A stretch of 64,000 nt of DNA from Mytilus edulis (Eukaryota), in contig NC_092352.1 in NCBI RefSeq assembly GCF_963676685.1, positions 6,200,001 to 6,264,000 on the forward strand. Reading direction: 5' to 3'. The notes beneath the pieces are model-generated. The model saw nothing but the letters and a program-made list of their open reading frames with translations. It was not told the origin of the DNA and searched no databases. Positions within the stretch are counted from its first letter, which is position 1, and each line of letters opens with the position of its first letter. Positions 25,301 to 37,700 of the stretch are shown here, piece after piece. The translations under genes and the position numbers were made by a program.

Positions 25301-26571
25301 CACTACAATCAGGTAAGACAATTTATGTATATGTTATTGTATAAAAGGAAAACAACACGTGATAAATTGTATACATCCAAATCGCTAAAGTAAGAACGCA
25401 AGCAAGAAGCTAAATATGTACATCCAAATCGCTAAAGTAAGAACGCAAGCAAGAAGCTAAATATGTACATCCAAATCGCTAAAGTAAGAACGCAAGCAAG
25501 AAGCTAAATATGTACATCCAAATCGCTAAAGTAAGAACGCAAGCAAGAAGCTAAATATGTACATCCAAATCGCTAAAGTAAGAACGCAAGCAAGAAGCTA
25601 AATATGTACATCCAAATCGCTTAAGCAAGAACGCAAGCAAGAGGCCAAATATTTAAAAGCCAAGGGTGTATAAATAAAAATCATGAAGACCTTTATGTCC
25701 GAAAGGGACATAAAAATAAAAGCCAATAAATATATCTAATGTCTCAAAAGCGCAATAACTGTTTGATGTCATATACAAAAATCTAAGCGACATCTTGCGA
25801 AACCACAAAACAGGGTATGTAACAACTTTGGCGGAAGATGACAAAAAATAATCCGAACAAATATAATAGATCTTTCAACAGAATAGTGGAAAGACCTAAT
25901 TAAGGAATACATGATCTGAAAAAAAATTATATAAACATAATTGAAACTGTAAAGAAAAGTGTCAAAAGAATATATAAAAATCTTAAAGATGATAATCAAT
26001 GGGAAGTCATTTGTAAAATTACATGCAAGAAGTTTTTGTATATTTTTATTCAATCAGGAATGTATAATTTTACCCAAAGTTGAGAATGGTTTTTTTAGCT
26101 TGTAAACTTTCATGATGTAAGACTTCTTTCAAGATTTATCTTGATTTTCGAGTCTTTTAGCTGAAAAATAGCATCATAATAAAGCTGCCTATTTTAATCG
26201 ACAACAGGTTATTCAAATTTACTAGTTGTTAAATCCACCCATATACGTTTGTGTATTTGATGGTTAGGTTAGAATCGACAAGCAGAATTTTAAAGCATAA
26301 CGTATGTTCAAATTTTTATTTCTAATTCCAGACCACAGCTCCGTTATATGACGCCAGTTTGATGAAGAACAATGTATCCTTATACACGGGTGGACATGAT
26401 ATCCTGGCTGACCCCAAAGACGTGAAAGATCTGATAAAAAAGCTTCCGAATATTTACCGTCATACAGATATCACGATCTACGAGCATCTTGACTTTATCT
26501 GGGCCATAGAAGCTAATAGACAATGCTATGATGATATTATTATGACAATTTTATCACAGAACAATCATTAA
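19310..26571 (+). CDS. Acid lipase gene 2 (LIPA/LIPF-like), 8 coding exons, about 403 aa
   Basis: Exons 19310-19423, 19906-20011, 20224-20431, 21652-21895, 23085-23240, 23893-23964, 25241-25312, 26332-26571; GT-AG introns, 1212 nt in frame. Motifs [47 protein letters not shown]. Confidence 0.95.
20611..20942 (+). mobile_element. HINE family 2 copy in intron 3 of lipase gene 2
   Basis: Reverse complement of 467-759 with CGTC/CGTT microsatellite, inserted in a T-run. Confidence 0.82.
22610..22780. repeat. Interspersed repeat; inverted diverged copy at about 10170-10415
   Basis: AGATACCAGAGGGACAGTCAAACTCATAGATCG...AAAACTAAAGACT matches the reverse complement of 10265-10410. Confidence 0.6.
23699..23824. 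repeat. 63-bp perfect tandem duplication
   Basis: GTATAAACTGCATGAAGG at 23701 and 23764. Confidence 0.9.
23950..24560. repeat. Degenerate ~21-23-bp tandem array starting at the exon 6 donor of lipase gene 2
   Basis: Recurrent TTCACTATGCTyAGrTAAACCTT units resembling the exon end TTCACTATGGCCAG|GTATAC. Confidence 0.7.
25372..25652. repeat. 47-bp tandem repeat x6
   Basis: TACATCCAAATCGCTAAAGTAAGAACGCAAGCAAGAAGCTAAATATG in intron 7 of lipase gene 2. Confidence 0.95.
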
Positions 26572-26756
26572 ATGTACACATGAATGTCTCTGCGTTTTAT
26601 GTTAGTTCGCAATTGCGCATACCCGATGGTTGAATCAGAAAAAAATATAGGGTACATATTAACTTATAGTGTTTGATTCCTAAGGAATAAGACTGGTTAT
26701 TGAAATAGTTTTTTTCATGTTTCTGAATCCTATTTATTTCATGTATCAGAACTGCA

Positions 26757-26789
<33 letters not shown>

Positions 26790-26794
<5 letters not shown>

Positions 26795-26945
26795 CGTCTA
26801 AACATCAGCCCAAAAAATATTAGATCTGTAAATTTGCAAATATTTTGCTCTTCCCTCACCAGGATTCGAACTCGTGCAACAAAGATATCGTTGAACCAAA
26901 TCGCCCTGCACTATGCCGGACGCGCTAGACCACCTAGGCTCTACA
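26790..26945 (-). mobile_element. tRNA-derived SINE-like sequence next to a (TA)n tract
   Basis: Minus-strand A-box-like TAGGTGGTCTAGCGC and B-box GAGTTCGAATCC, spacing too long for a normal tRNA. Confidence 0.6.
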
Positions 26946-27119
26946 TAAATAAAGCTTTCGATGGCCGGGTGTTACCTTTCCTCGTCAGTTTCAATCTAGC
27001 GTCGTATCCCAGTACATGATAAATAAGCCGGCATGAAGATGTTATTGTTACAGATCAGCTGAATTATCTATTGCAACGGATCCTACAAATTAATGTATGG
27101 TGTAAGACGCAAGATATGG

Positions 27120-27390
27120 GTATGCAGGTTTGCATTGTCTATATCATGCCTTCTTCGTGCATCATGTCTTTTTCTTGTATATAATCTATTTTATATCCTA
27201 ACCCCGCTGGTTTGACGGTCTGTATCATGCCTTGTTCGTGTATCATATCTTTTTCTTAAATATAATCTATTTTACATCCTTACACTGCTTAATTTGCATT
27301 GTCAATATCATGCCTTGTTCGTGTATCATGTCTTTTTCTTAAATATAATTTATTTTATATCCTTACCCTGTTGGTTTGCGTTGTCTGTAG
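27120..27390. repeat. Diverged ~81-bp tandem repeat x3
   Basis: TATCATGCCTTGTTCGTGTATCATGTCTTTTTCTT...TATAATCTATTTT recurring. Confidence 0.8.
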
Positions 27391-27399
27391 GATAGAGTT

Positions 27400-27820
27400 T
27401 GAGAAAGAGTTAAACATGTGTCTTGTATTCCATCATCTTCAATAGGGTAAGAGAAAGAATTAAAATGTGTCTGGAATTCCAACATCTTCCATAGAGTATG
27501 AGAAAGAGTTAAAAATATGTCTGGAATTCCAGCTTCTTCCATATTGTATGAGAAAGAATTAAAAACTTCTCTGGAATTCCAGCATCTTCCATGCATAGAG
27601 TTGATAAAAAGTAAAAAATGTGTCTGGAATTCCAGCATCTTTCATATGGTATGAGATAGAGTTAAAAATTTGTGTGGAATTCCAGCATCTTCCATAAGGT
27701 TCTTCCAGAAAGCGTCGAATATTGTGTCTGGAATTCCAGAAACTTCGACATTGTATGACAAAGAATTTTAAGATTTGTCCTGAATTCCAGGTTCTTCCAT
27801 AGGGTATGAGAAAGATTTTT
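27400..27820. repeat. Diverged ~49-bp tandem repeat x8
   Basis: GTCTGGAATTCCAGCATCTTCCATAG..TATGAGAAAGA recurring, with palindromic core CTGGAATTCCAG. Confidence 0.85.
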
Positions 27821-28761
27821 AAAAATCTGTATAGTTTGAAGCCTTACTATACAATGTTGCATATCTTTAACATTATTTTTCACCCAGCATTACTTTTGGC
27901 CAGAGACGATACCGTATAAGGCATTGGCAGTTTGGAGTAAGAATCAGTTAGCATGGATAAGAAATGTACATTCTCAGTGCTTCATCTGACTAGACCTAGG
28001 GAAAAGCTATTAATAATGATCAGTATTATATCTAAGGATTCATCAATTTGGCCTAATGGGAAAATTGATAAGGAATTGAACTTAACAACTTTAAGTTGAA
28101 TAATTTCTGCGGTCGACAAATAATTTTATCATGTATTTAGATAAAACTCGAATATTTTTTACTTTGACATGAATAATACTGTGACATTTGATTCTGTTTT
28201 TAAGATATTCGTTAACTCTGAAAATTTAAAAATGTGCTGTTATGAAATTAAGAAGTTATTTGAAACATTTAGGTTTCCACTTTAAAAGTTATCCAAGATG
28301 GTTTAGACTTTTTCATTATGTCCCTTTCTGTCATAAAGCTCCTCCAATATTCACATGAAGCTTTCGCTTTCAAATATTTAATATGAACGTTCATGGTGAA
28401 GGTTAATATAAGAAGGTGCTTTGGACGCAACACATCCATAAATTGATATAATATTTTTGATATTTATTTGTCTAACAATTTTGAAATATCATGGATTTAT
28501 GTTTATTCAATTTTCGTCCATACTCAAAAGAGATTCATTGAATAGTCCATACCGACCTATATTGAAATACAACCATTATTAAGTGTATTGGTGTAAGACA
28601 ATTTAATATGATCACTCCATGATAACTGAAGGTCACTGTTGTAACTAAGATTATGGTAACTGTCATCCAATGAAAATCTACTATGGATAATACTCATATT
28701 AAAATGGTTAAACTTGCAACATAAGAGATTTTGTTACTTCATTTTGTCTTCAGTATATAAA

Positions 28762-31700
28762 ATGACGCATATTGCAGAAAGTTTACTCTCTTTCATCTTT
28801 TCTTTGATTATTGCAACTGCACTTTACACCAATGGAATAATCTCTGGACAGAAGATAGACCCAGATGCATATAGAAACGTGGTAAGTACTCCAACATTTA
28901 AGAACAAAATCATTGCAAAATAAGAAATACTGTATTTTACGGTGAATTTGACCGTTTGAACGCGATGACTTGTTACGCACTAATCATTTTTCAAATAGAT
29001 GGTATGTATGTAATTAGGTAAATGATGACCTTTTATCGGCCTTTCTAGCGAAGCTTAATTCAAAAGAGCACGTTAAAAGGGGAAATACTCATTAAATAAT
29101 TTGTTTTATTCATATACTAACTGTATTTCTTTGTATCGCAGATTAAACTTCTAGTAAGTTAACATTTAATAATGTCTTGTTTTAGTCACAGCTGATAACA
29201 AGCAAAGGATATCCGTTCGAAGAACATTTAGTGGAGACAGCAGACGGATACATTCTTGGTTTACACAGGATACCTCCAAAACATAAACAAGGTATACGTT
29301 TGCAGTTAACGGTTTAGAGTTAATCATATTGTCCCAAACTAGCATTGAATCAACGATTTTCCTTATTTCGTGCATATCATATCGCCTTCTTTCTGTACAT
29401 AATGTTTATGTGCTATATGTCCTCATGGGGCCCTTATTTGGTGAATACATATAGCCTTCTTTCTGTACATAATGTTTATGTGCTATATGTCCTCATGGGG
29501 CCCTAATTTGGTGAATACATATAGCCTTCTTTCTGTACATAATGTTTATGGGCTATATGTCCTCATGGGGCCTTAATTTGGTGAATACATATCGCCTTCT
29601 TTCTGTACATAATGTTTATGGGCTATATGTCCTCATGGGGCCCTAATTTGGTGAATACATATAGCCTTCTTTCTGTACATAATGTTTATGGGCTATATGT
29701 CCTCATGGGGCCTTAATTTGGTGAATACATATCGCCTTCTTTCTGTACATAATGTTTATGTGCTATATGTCCTCATGGGGCCCTAATTTGGTGAATACAT
29801 ATAGCCTTCTTTCTGTACATAATGTTTATGTGCTATATGTCCTCATGGGGCCCTAATTTGGTGAATACATATAGCCTTCTTTCTGTACATAATGTTTATG
29901 TGCTATATGTCCTCATGGGGCCCTAATTTGGTGAATACATATAGCCTTCTTTCTGTACATAATGTTTATGTGCTATATGTCCTCATGGGGCCCTAATTTG
30001 GTGAATACATATAGCCTTCTTTCTGTACATAATGTTTATGTGCTATATGTCCTCATGGGGCCCTAATTTGGTGAATACATATAGCCTTCTTTCTGTACAT
30101 AATGTTTATGTGCTATATGTCCTCATGGGGCCCTAATTTGGTGAATACATATCGCCTTCTTTCTGTACATAATGTTTATGTGCTATATGTCCTCATGGGG
30201 CCCTAATTTGGTGAATACATATAGCCTTCTTTCTGTACATAATGTTTATGGGCTATATGTCCTCATGGGGCCTTAATTTGGTGAATACATATCGCCTTCT
30301 TTCTGTACATAATGTTTATGGGCTATATGTCCTCATGGGGCCCTAATTTGGTGAATACATATAGCCTTCTTTCTGTACATAATGTTTATGGGCTATATGT
30401 CCTCATGGGGCCTTAATTTGGTGAATACATATCGCCTTCTTTCTGTACATAATGTTTATGTGCTATATGACCTCATGGGGCCCTAATTTGGTGTATACAG
30501 ATAGCCTTCTTTCTGTACATAATGTTTATGGGCTATATGTCCTCATGGGGCCTTAATTTGGTGAATACATATCGCCTTCTTTCTGTACATAATGTTTATG
30601 GGCTATATGTCCTCATGGGGCCCTAATTTGGTGAATACATATAGCCTTCTTTCTGTACATAATGTTTATGGGCTATATGTCCTCATGGGGCCTTAATTTG
30701 GTGAATACATATCGCCTTCTTTCTGTACATAATGTTTATGTGCTATATGTCCTCATGGGGCCCTAATTTGGTGAATACATATAGCCTTCTTTCTGTACAT
30801 AATGTTTATGTGCTATATGTCCTCATGGGGCCCTAATTTGGTGAATACATATAGCCTTCTTTCTGTACATAATGTTTATGTGCTATATGTCCTCATGGGG
30901 CCCTAATTTGGTGAATACATATCGCCTTCTTTCTGTACATAATGTTTATGTGCTATATGTCCTCATGGGGCCCTAATTTGGTGAATACATATAGCCTTCT
31001 TTCTGTACATAATGTTTATGGGCTATATGTCCTCATGGGGCCTTAATTTGGTGAATACATATCGCCTTCTTTCTGTACATAATGTTTATGGGCTATATGG
31101 CCTCATGGGGCCCTAATTTGGTGAATACATATAGCCTTCTTTCTGTACATAATGTTTATGGGCTATATGTCCTCATGGGGCCTTAATTTGGTGAATACAT
31201 ATCGCCTTCTTTCTGTACATAATGTTTATGTGCTATATGACCTCATGGGGCCCTAATTTGGTGTATACAGATAGCCTTCTTTCTGTACATAATGTTTATG
31301 GGCTATATGTCCTCATGGGGCCTTAATTTGGTGAATACATATCGCCTTCTTTCTGTACATAATGTTTATGGGCTATATGTCCTCATGGGGCCCTAATTTG
31401 GTGAATACATATAGCCTTCTTTCTGTACATAATGTTTATGGGCTATATGTCCTCATGGAGCCTTAATTTGGTGAATACATATCGCCTTCTTTCTGTACAT
31501 AATGTTTATGTGCTATATGTCCTCATGGGGCCCTAATTTGGTGAATACATATAGCCTTCTTTCTGTACATAATGTTTATGTGCTATATGTCCTCATGGGG
31601 CCCTAATTTGGTGAATACATATAGCCTTCTTTCTGTACATAATGTTTATGTGCTATATGTCCTCATGGGGCCCTAATTTGGTGAATACATATAGCCTTCT

Positions 31701-34700
31701 TTCTGTACATAATGTTTATGTGCTATATGACCTCATGGGGCCCTAATTTGGTGAATACATATAGCCTTCTTTCTGTACATAATGTTTATGTGCTATATGA
31801 CCTCATGGGGCCCTAATTTGGTGAATACATATAGCCTTCTTTCTGTACATAATGTTTATGTGCTATATGACCTCATGGGGCCGTAATTTGGTGAATACAT
31901 ATATCCTTCTTTCTGTACATAATGTTTATGTGCTATATGTCCTCATGGGGCCCTAATTAGGTGAATACATATCGCCTTCTTTCTGTACATAATGTTTATG
32001 TGCTATATGTCCTCATGGGGCCCTAATTTGGTGAATACATATCGCCTTCTTTCTGTACATAATGTTTATGTGCTATATGTCCTCATGGGGCCCTAATTAG
32101 GTGAATACATATCGCCTTCTTTCTGTACATAATGTTTATGTGCTATATGTCCTCATGGGGCCCTAATTTGGTGAATACATATCGCCTTCTTTCTGTACAT
32201 AATGTTTATGTGCTATATGTCCTCATGGGGCCCTAATTAGGTGAATACATATCGCCTTCTTTCTGTACATAATGTTTATGTGCTATATGACCTCATGGGG
32301 CCCTAATTTGGTGAATACATATAGCCTTCTTTCTGTACATAATGTTTATGTGCTATATGACCTCATGGGGCCCTAATTTGGTGAATACATATAGCCTTCT
32401 TTCTGTACATAATGTTTATGTGCTATATGACCTCATGGGGCCCTAATTTGGTGAATACATATAGCCTTCTTTCTGTACATAATGTTTATGTGCTATATGT
32501 CCTCATGGGACCCTAATTAGGTGAATACATATCGCCTTCTTTCTGTACATAATGTTTATGTGCTATATGTCCTCATGGGGCCCTAATTTGGTGAATACAT
32601 ATCGCCTTCTTTCTGTACATAATGTTTATGGGCTATATGTCCTCATGGGGCCCTAATTAGGTGAATACATATCGCCTTCTTTCTGTACATAATGTTTATG
32701 TGCTATATGTCCTCATGGGGCCCTAATTAGGTGAATACATATCGCCTTCTTTCTGTACATAATGTTTATGTGCTATATGTCATCATGGGGCCTTAATTTG
32801 GTGAATACAAATATTCTAAAAAAAATCTATCTTGTTTGCTCTTGTTTGTGACACAAATTAATTCATAGACTGTATAGGTGTTTCCATTGAAATTTTCTCT
32901 TTTCAGGAATGAACACGAGTAGACCTGTAATTTTGCTTCAACATGGACTGTTGTCCTGTTCAGCATGCTGGGTGGAAAATCTAGCCAACCAGAGTCTCGG
33001 TTTCATCTTAGCTGACAGAGGCATAGATGTCTGGATGGGAAACAGTAGGGGAAACACATACTCAAAACGACATAAAACATTGAAAACTACAGATGAAAAA
33101 TTTTGGGACTTTACGTAAGTTTGGGAGTCAAAATCGACAAGCAAATATATCTAGCAAAAACTACTTTTCTGGACCCTATTCTATCATCCCTGATTCATTT
33201 TATCTTTGAAAGTTCAAACCGTGCACCGTGACAATCTATCTGATTTTTTTTTGGTAAATTTGGTTCATTTGTATGTTTCGGAATATTATACAATTATAGC
33301 CTTTGTATGAGGTCGATACAAGGATATATTGGCCTGAAAGAAGTATATTGACTGAGGACGAAGTCCGAGGTCGATATACTTCTTTGGGTCGATATATCCT
33401 GTATTGACCTCATATATAGGCTATAATTGTTATATTATTAATTTCCGACCATATTTGTATCAAAATCGTCATTTGATTTTATTGGAATTTTGTTGATGGG
33501 TCATTATAAAAAAAACCATGCAAAACTATGTTATTGGGTCTATTTAAGTCACAGACATGATAACACTTACATATGTTAGATATGAATGTTTTGTGATACA
33601 CAATATACAGTTTACAGTATGAAATGTTATAAAAACATCTTTAATGTTTTCTTAAACCCTTGGATATAGCCAGAATTAACTGTTATTTTTTATTATAAAT
33701 CCTTTCAGACTTGAAATAGGACTATAATTCATATCATTTGTTATTATGATTTAATTTTTTAGTATCACTTTTTATTGCATTTTGATACATACAAACATTT
33801 TTTTAATGATTTAGGAGGTGTATGTTGGTTTTATAATAAAAAAAATTCACCTTACGGAAATGTAGCATTTTTTAAGTCAATGGTGTAACCAAAGGACAAA
33901 TTAGTAGGATAAGAGTTATCTTTCACAATATTTGGGCATTTACAACAGTTTCTCCCTACCTGTAAGCATGTTGTGCAAAAGAAAACAAACAATTATGTTG
34001 AAAAAAATCGTAAGTAAAAGCTATATCATAAATAAAAATAGTGTCCATGGTGTACCCTTGTAAAAATCATTTTTTGAAAACATTTCCTTAACTTTGAATT
34101 ATGAAATATATTGATTATAGAAACATGCACCAGTAACAACATAAAGAATAGGGGAATGGAGCACTTATTTCGAACTAAATCTTAAAATACACCTTAAATC
34201 ATTGGTGTTACTGTCAATGGTGAGATCATTTTGATAAAATAACACCATTGACCAGTTTAGTAACACCACTGAATATATCATGACAATCAGCATTGTTTTG
34301 TGTTTTTTCGTGTTTAACAAGCGAAACATCATATTAGTTTATAAAAACAAAACTTATTTAACAATGTTTTTACAATATCATGTATTACATATACAAATTT
34401 TTCACAAACTGATGTACGCTGGTAACACCAATGACACTATTTAGAAACACTATTGAATTTTTTAGTATAATGGATGTTATGTTATATAATTTGAGATTTT
34501 TTAGCCTAAAAAGTATTTTTTTCATCTTTTTCTTTTGCTCGGTGTTCTTGGCTTTGTGTTCAGTACTTAATAAAAGTAAAATTTGAAATGTGAAGTCAAT
34601 GGTGATACTTTTGTGTCATTGGAGTTACTGTATAAAAATGCGACATTTTTAAATTTTAATTCATAAATGAAAGTGTTTTTAGGTCGTATACGAAGGATTA

Positions 34701-37700
34701 GGTATATCATTATCATTTAGTCTTATACATTTTACATATATTCAGTTTCAAGAGTATCATTTTTTAGTATTTACAACGGCCATAAATAGGACAACCAACT
34801 TTTTTAAAACAATGTTTTCTGAAATGTATGTTTAAATAGAATGCGAAGCTATATGAATAATACAACAAATTGGAACAGTTGTTTGATGTTTAGCAATAAT
34901 ATTTAGTACCTAAATGTATGTTTTAAATTGGTAACACCATTGACACGATTCTATCAAAGGATGACCTAAAATTGTTAAAATTGAAGGAACTCTTCATTTT
35001 TCCCCTTGCATACTTCTGAATATCGTTGCTACTATACTATCATTTGAAAATAGAGGGCCACATTCAAATATTTTAAACAATGACATCATTGTTCAAAATA
35101 TTACCTCGTCGAAATTTGCACTTTTTTTTATAATGACCCAGATATCATATTGTCTCCGAGACAATAACAACATATTAGTAATTATCATATACTTAGCATT
35201 GATATGATAGCTTTTGCATATGTGTAATGGGCGGAAGTGCACAAGCCATATCTTCCCACCCGGGCTGATAACCCATATCAGGTGCATCTCGTGCAAAAAA
35301 CCCATATCAGTGCCTCTCGTGCAAGTTACTTCCGGTGTTTCCGGTATCGGTTGTTTACTTTTCCATTGTGACGTCAGATGTTTTTTATGACGACGTCAAA
35401 ATTTACGGGAACTTTTGTGGGGATAGTTTAATACTTGCTAACAAATGCCATTGACAATTATGAATCATTTTATAGTACAACAAACATGGAGTAGTAATGA
35501 TCGTAAAACTCTTCCAAATTTTCAATGTTTCAAAATGCCTCTATAGGAAAAGTTACCATAAATATATAAGGAGTTAATGATGCTGTAGTTGGACAACTAT
35601 AGTATATTTGATTCATAATTTTAATTTTCTTTATAAAATGTTTGACTGTTTTAGTTATTGCATTATTTTATTTGCCTTACATAAAACTATTGTCGGAAGT
35701 ATATGATAAAGCGATTAATACATGGCCTTTTCCATATCAGCCTGGGTATCATCCCTCGACCCATATCAGCACCTCGACTCCGTCTCGGGCTGATATGGGG
35801 GTCTCGGGATGATACCCAGGCTGATATGGAAAAGGCCATGTATTAATCTCTATTTATTTCATTTCATTTTTTTTTTTATATATATATATCTTATATATTT
35901 GAAGATTTTTTTCTTCAAATAATCGATCATATTTTTTTTTATAAAACTTTTAACAATATCATGAAATATCATGACATCGACGTTACGCACGATATTGCGT
36001 CCCAATAGACCACTTTCGAGTTCATCCGTCACCGGAAAAAACTCCTCAATTATACGCGCTTTTATCACCGTCATTTGTGCGTTTTGGGGCGTCGTCACTT
36101 CCCTTCCAATGTTGGGCGAGTGGTTGGAAAACTATAATTCTATATTATACGAATTATTCGGCAAATTGAATTTTCAAAATTGACAATCAACACTGCTGTC
36201 ATTAGGGAATTGTCAGTAAGTACCTACAGAGCAACCATTATTTCTAGTTTATCCTGCACAAAGACGATCACTAAGACGCTTGATGAACGTAAATAGTGCA
36301 GGGATACAGGCGAGCCCCTCGATCTGGTAAATGACGTCATAAAGGCGTGCATAATTGACGAGTTTTTGCCGGTGACGGATGAACTCGAAAGTGGTCTATT
36401 GGTAACGTCAAAATTTGACGTTTTACGTCGGTAATCGAGTATACTTTGTTCGTTTTGTTTGTAATCATTTTTGATCGATATGGATACTTCAAAGTCTTGA
36501 AAATGTATGAAATAATGAACAATATACAAAATAGGTATTTGGTTGAGAAAATAATGCCTATAGTATATTATATAATGCGTTGGTCATCCGTTTAAATTTA
36601 AGAAGAGAGGGAAGGGAGGAAGCAATTCGTGTTGCTAAAATAACGTAGTTTTTTATGTTTTGTGCTTTTATCTTTTTTAAATGTTTTTGTTTTTTTGTGT
36701 TTTTTTTTTTTTTGGGGGGGGGGGGGGGGAGGGGGTGTGATGATAAGTGAAAGGATGTTAATGAAAACGACTTCTATTGTTTACAACGGAGTACTTAAAT
36801 CAAGAAAGAGAATGATTGCGTGAAAAAATAATTATATTCATCTGATATGTTTACAAACTTTGTATATTATCGAGGTGTGACTCCTCAGGTACAACAATTT
36901 TACTGCCTCCTTCAATTTCAGCACAAATGAACCGTATTGCAGATGAATAGCAAATCGCAGTTCTACGCTTCACAAGTTTGAAAATAAACGGTTGATCTGT
37001 TATCCTCTCGTAATATAGCCCTTTCACAACTTTAGAATCTTGGTTAAATGAACAACCCCAGTCATCTGAAATATTTTACCTATTTATTGACAAATTACCA
37101 TATGTTTTTTTTTTTCATTTTAGATAATTATTCATTTTCTATTTGATTATAACTACTTTTATATATTACAGTTCTTATCGTGGTTTCTATGATTCTATCT
37201 ATTTTCGAAATTTGTAATTTGGATATTTTGTTTTGACCTCTGATCTTAAAACATGAAATCGAACCGTACTTGTTATTTAAAAAAAATGAAATATCGTTCA
37301 TATATCATATGATAATACGAATTGCTTTCAATTTCGATGGCCAAGGAGGGTGATTGGCCTACTGAATTCATATAAAGTGATAAAAAGCCTGCGGCGATTT
37401 TAAGCCACGCTCGTGGCGAGATTTGTTCGACTCCGATCCTAATCGACAGTTATTGCAAATATTTTAACTTAAGGTCGCCTGATGTCCGGCTTCTCCTACC
37501 TATGATGACAGTTCAATAAAATACAACAAATGTCGCTTATACATGTAGTGGTGTTTAACACCAAAACAAAGAACAAACTTTTAGAGATAATTTGAAAACA
37601 CATATATGTATATATAGCGTCCCGAATCGAAAACGTTTAAAACGTAAGAAAATTGTTCAGTGGACAAACTTGTAAGACATTTGATTTGTTAAAAAACGAA

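Noticed and set aside
26855-26945. Functional tRNA gene
   Set aside because: A and B boxes are present but I could not build a clean cloverleaf; treated as SINE-like.
28754-28761. TATATAAA as the TATA box of lipase gene 3
   Set aside because: It abuts the ATG; the preceding TTTTGTCTTCAG looks more like an acceptor for a 5' UTR intron.
29381-32810. CRISPR-like array
   Set aside because: Head-to-tail units with no unique spacers, inside a eukaryotic intron; it is a minisatellite.
35859-36529. ORFs sharing [16 protein letters not shown]
   Set aside because: Produced by the inverted repeats of the 36002-36402 MITE.
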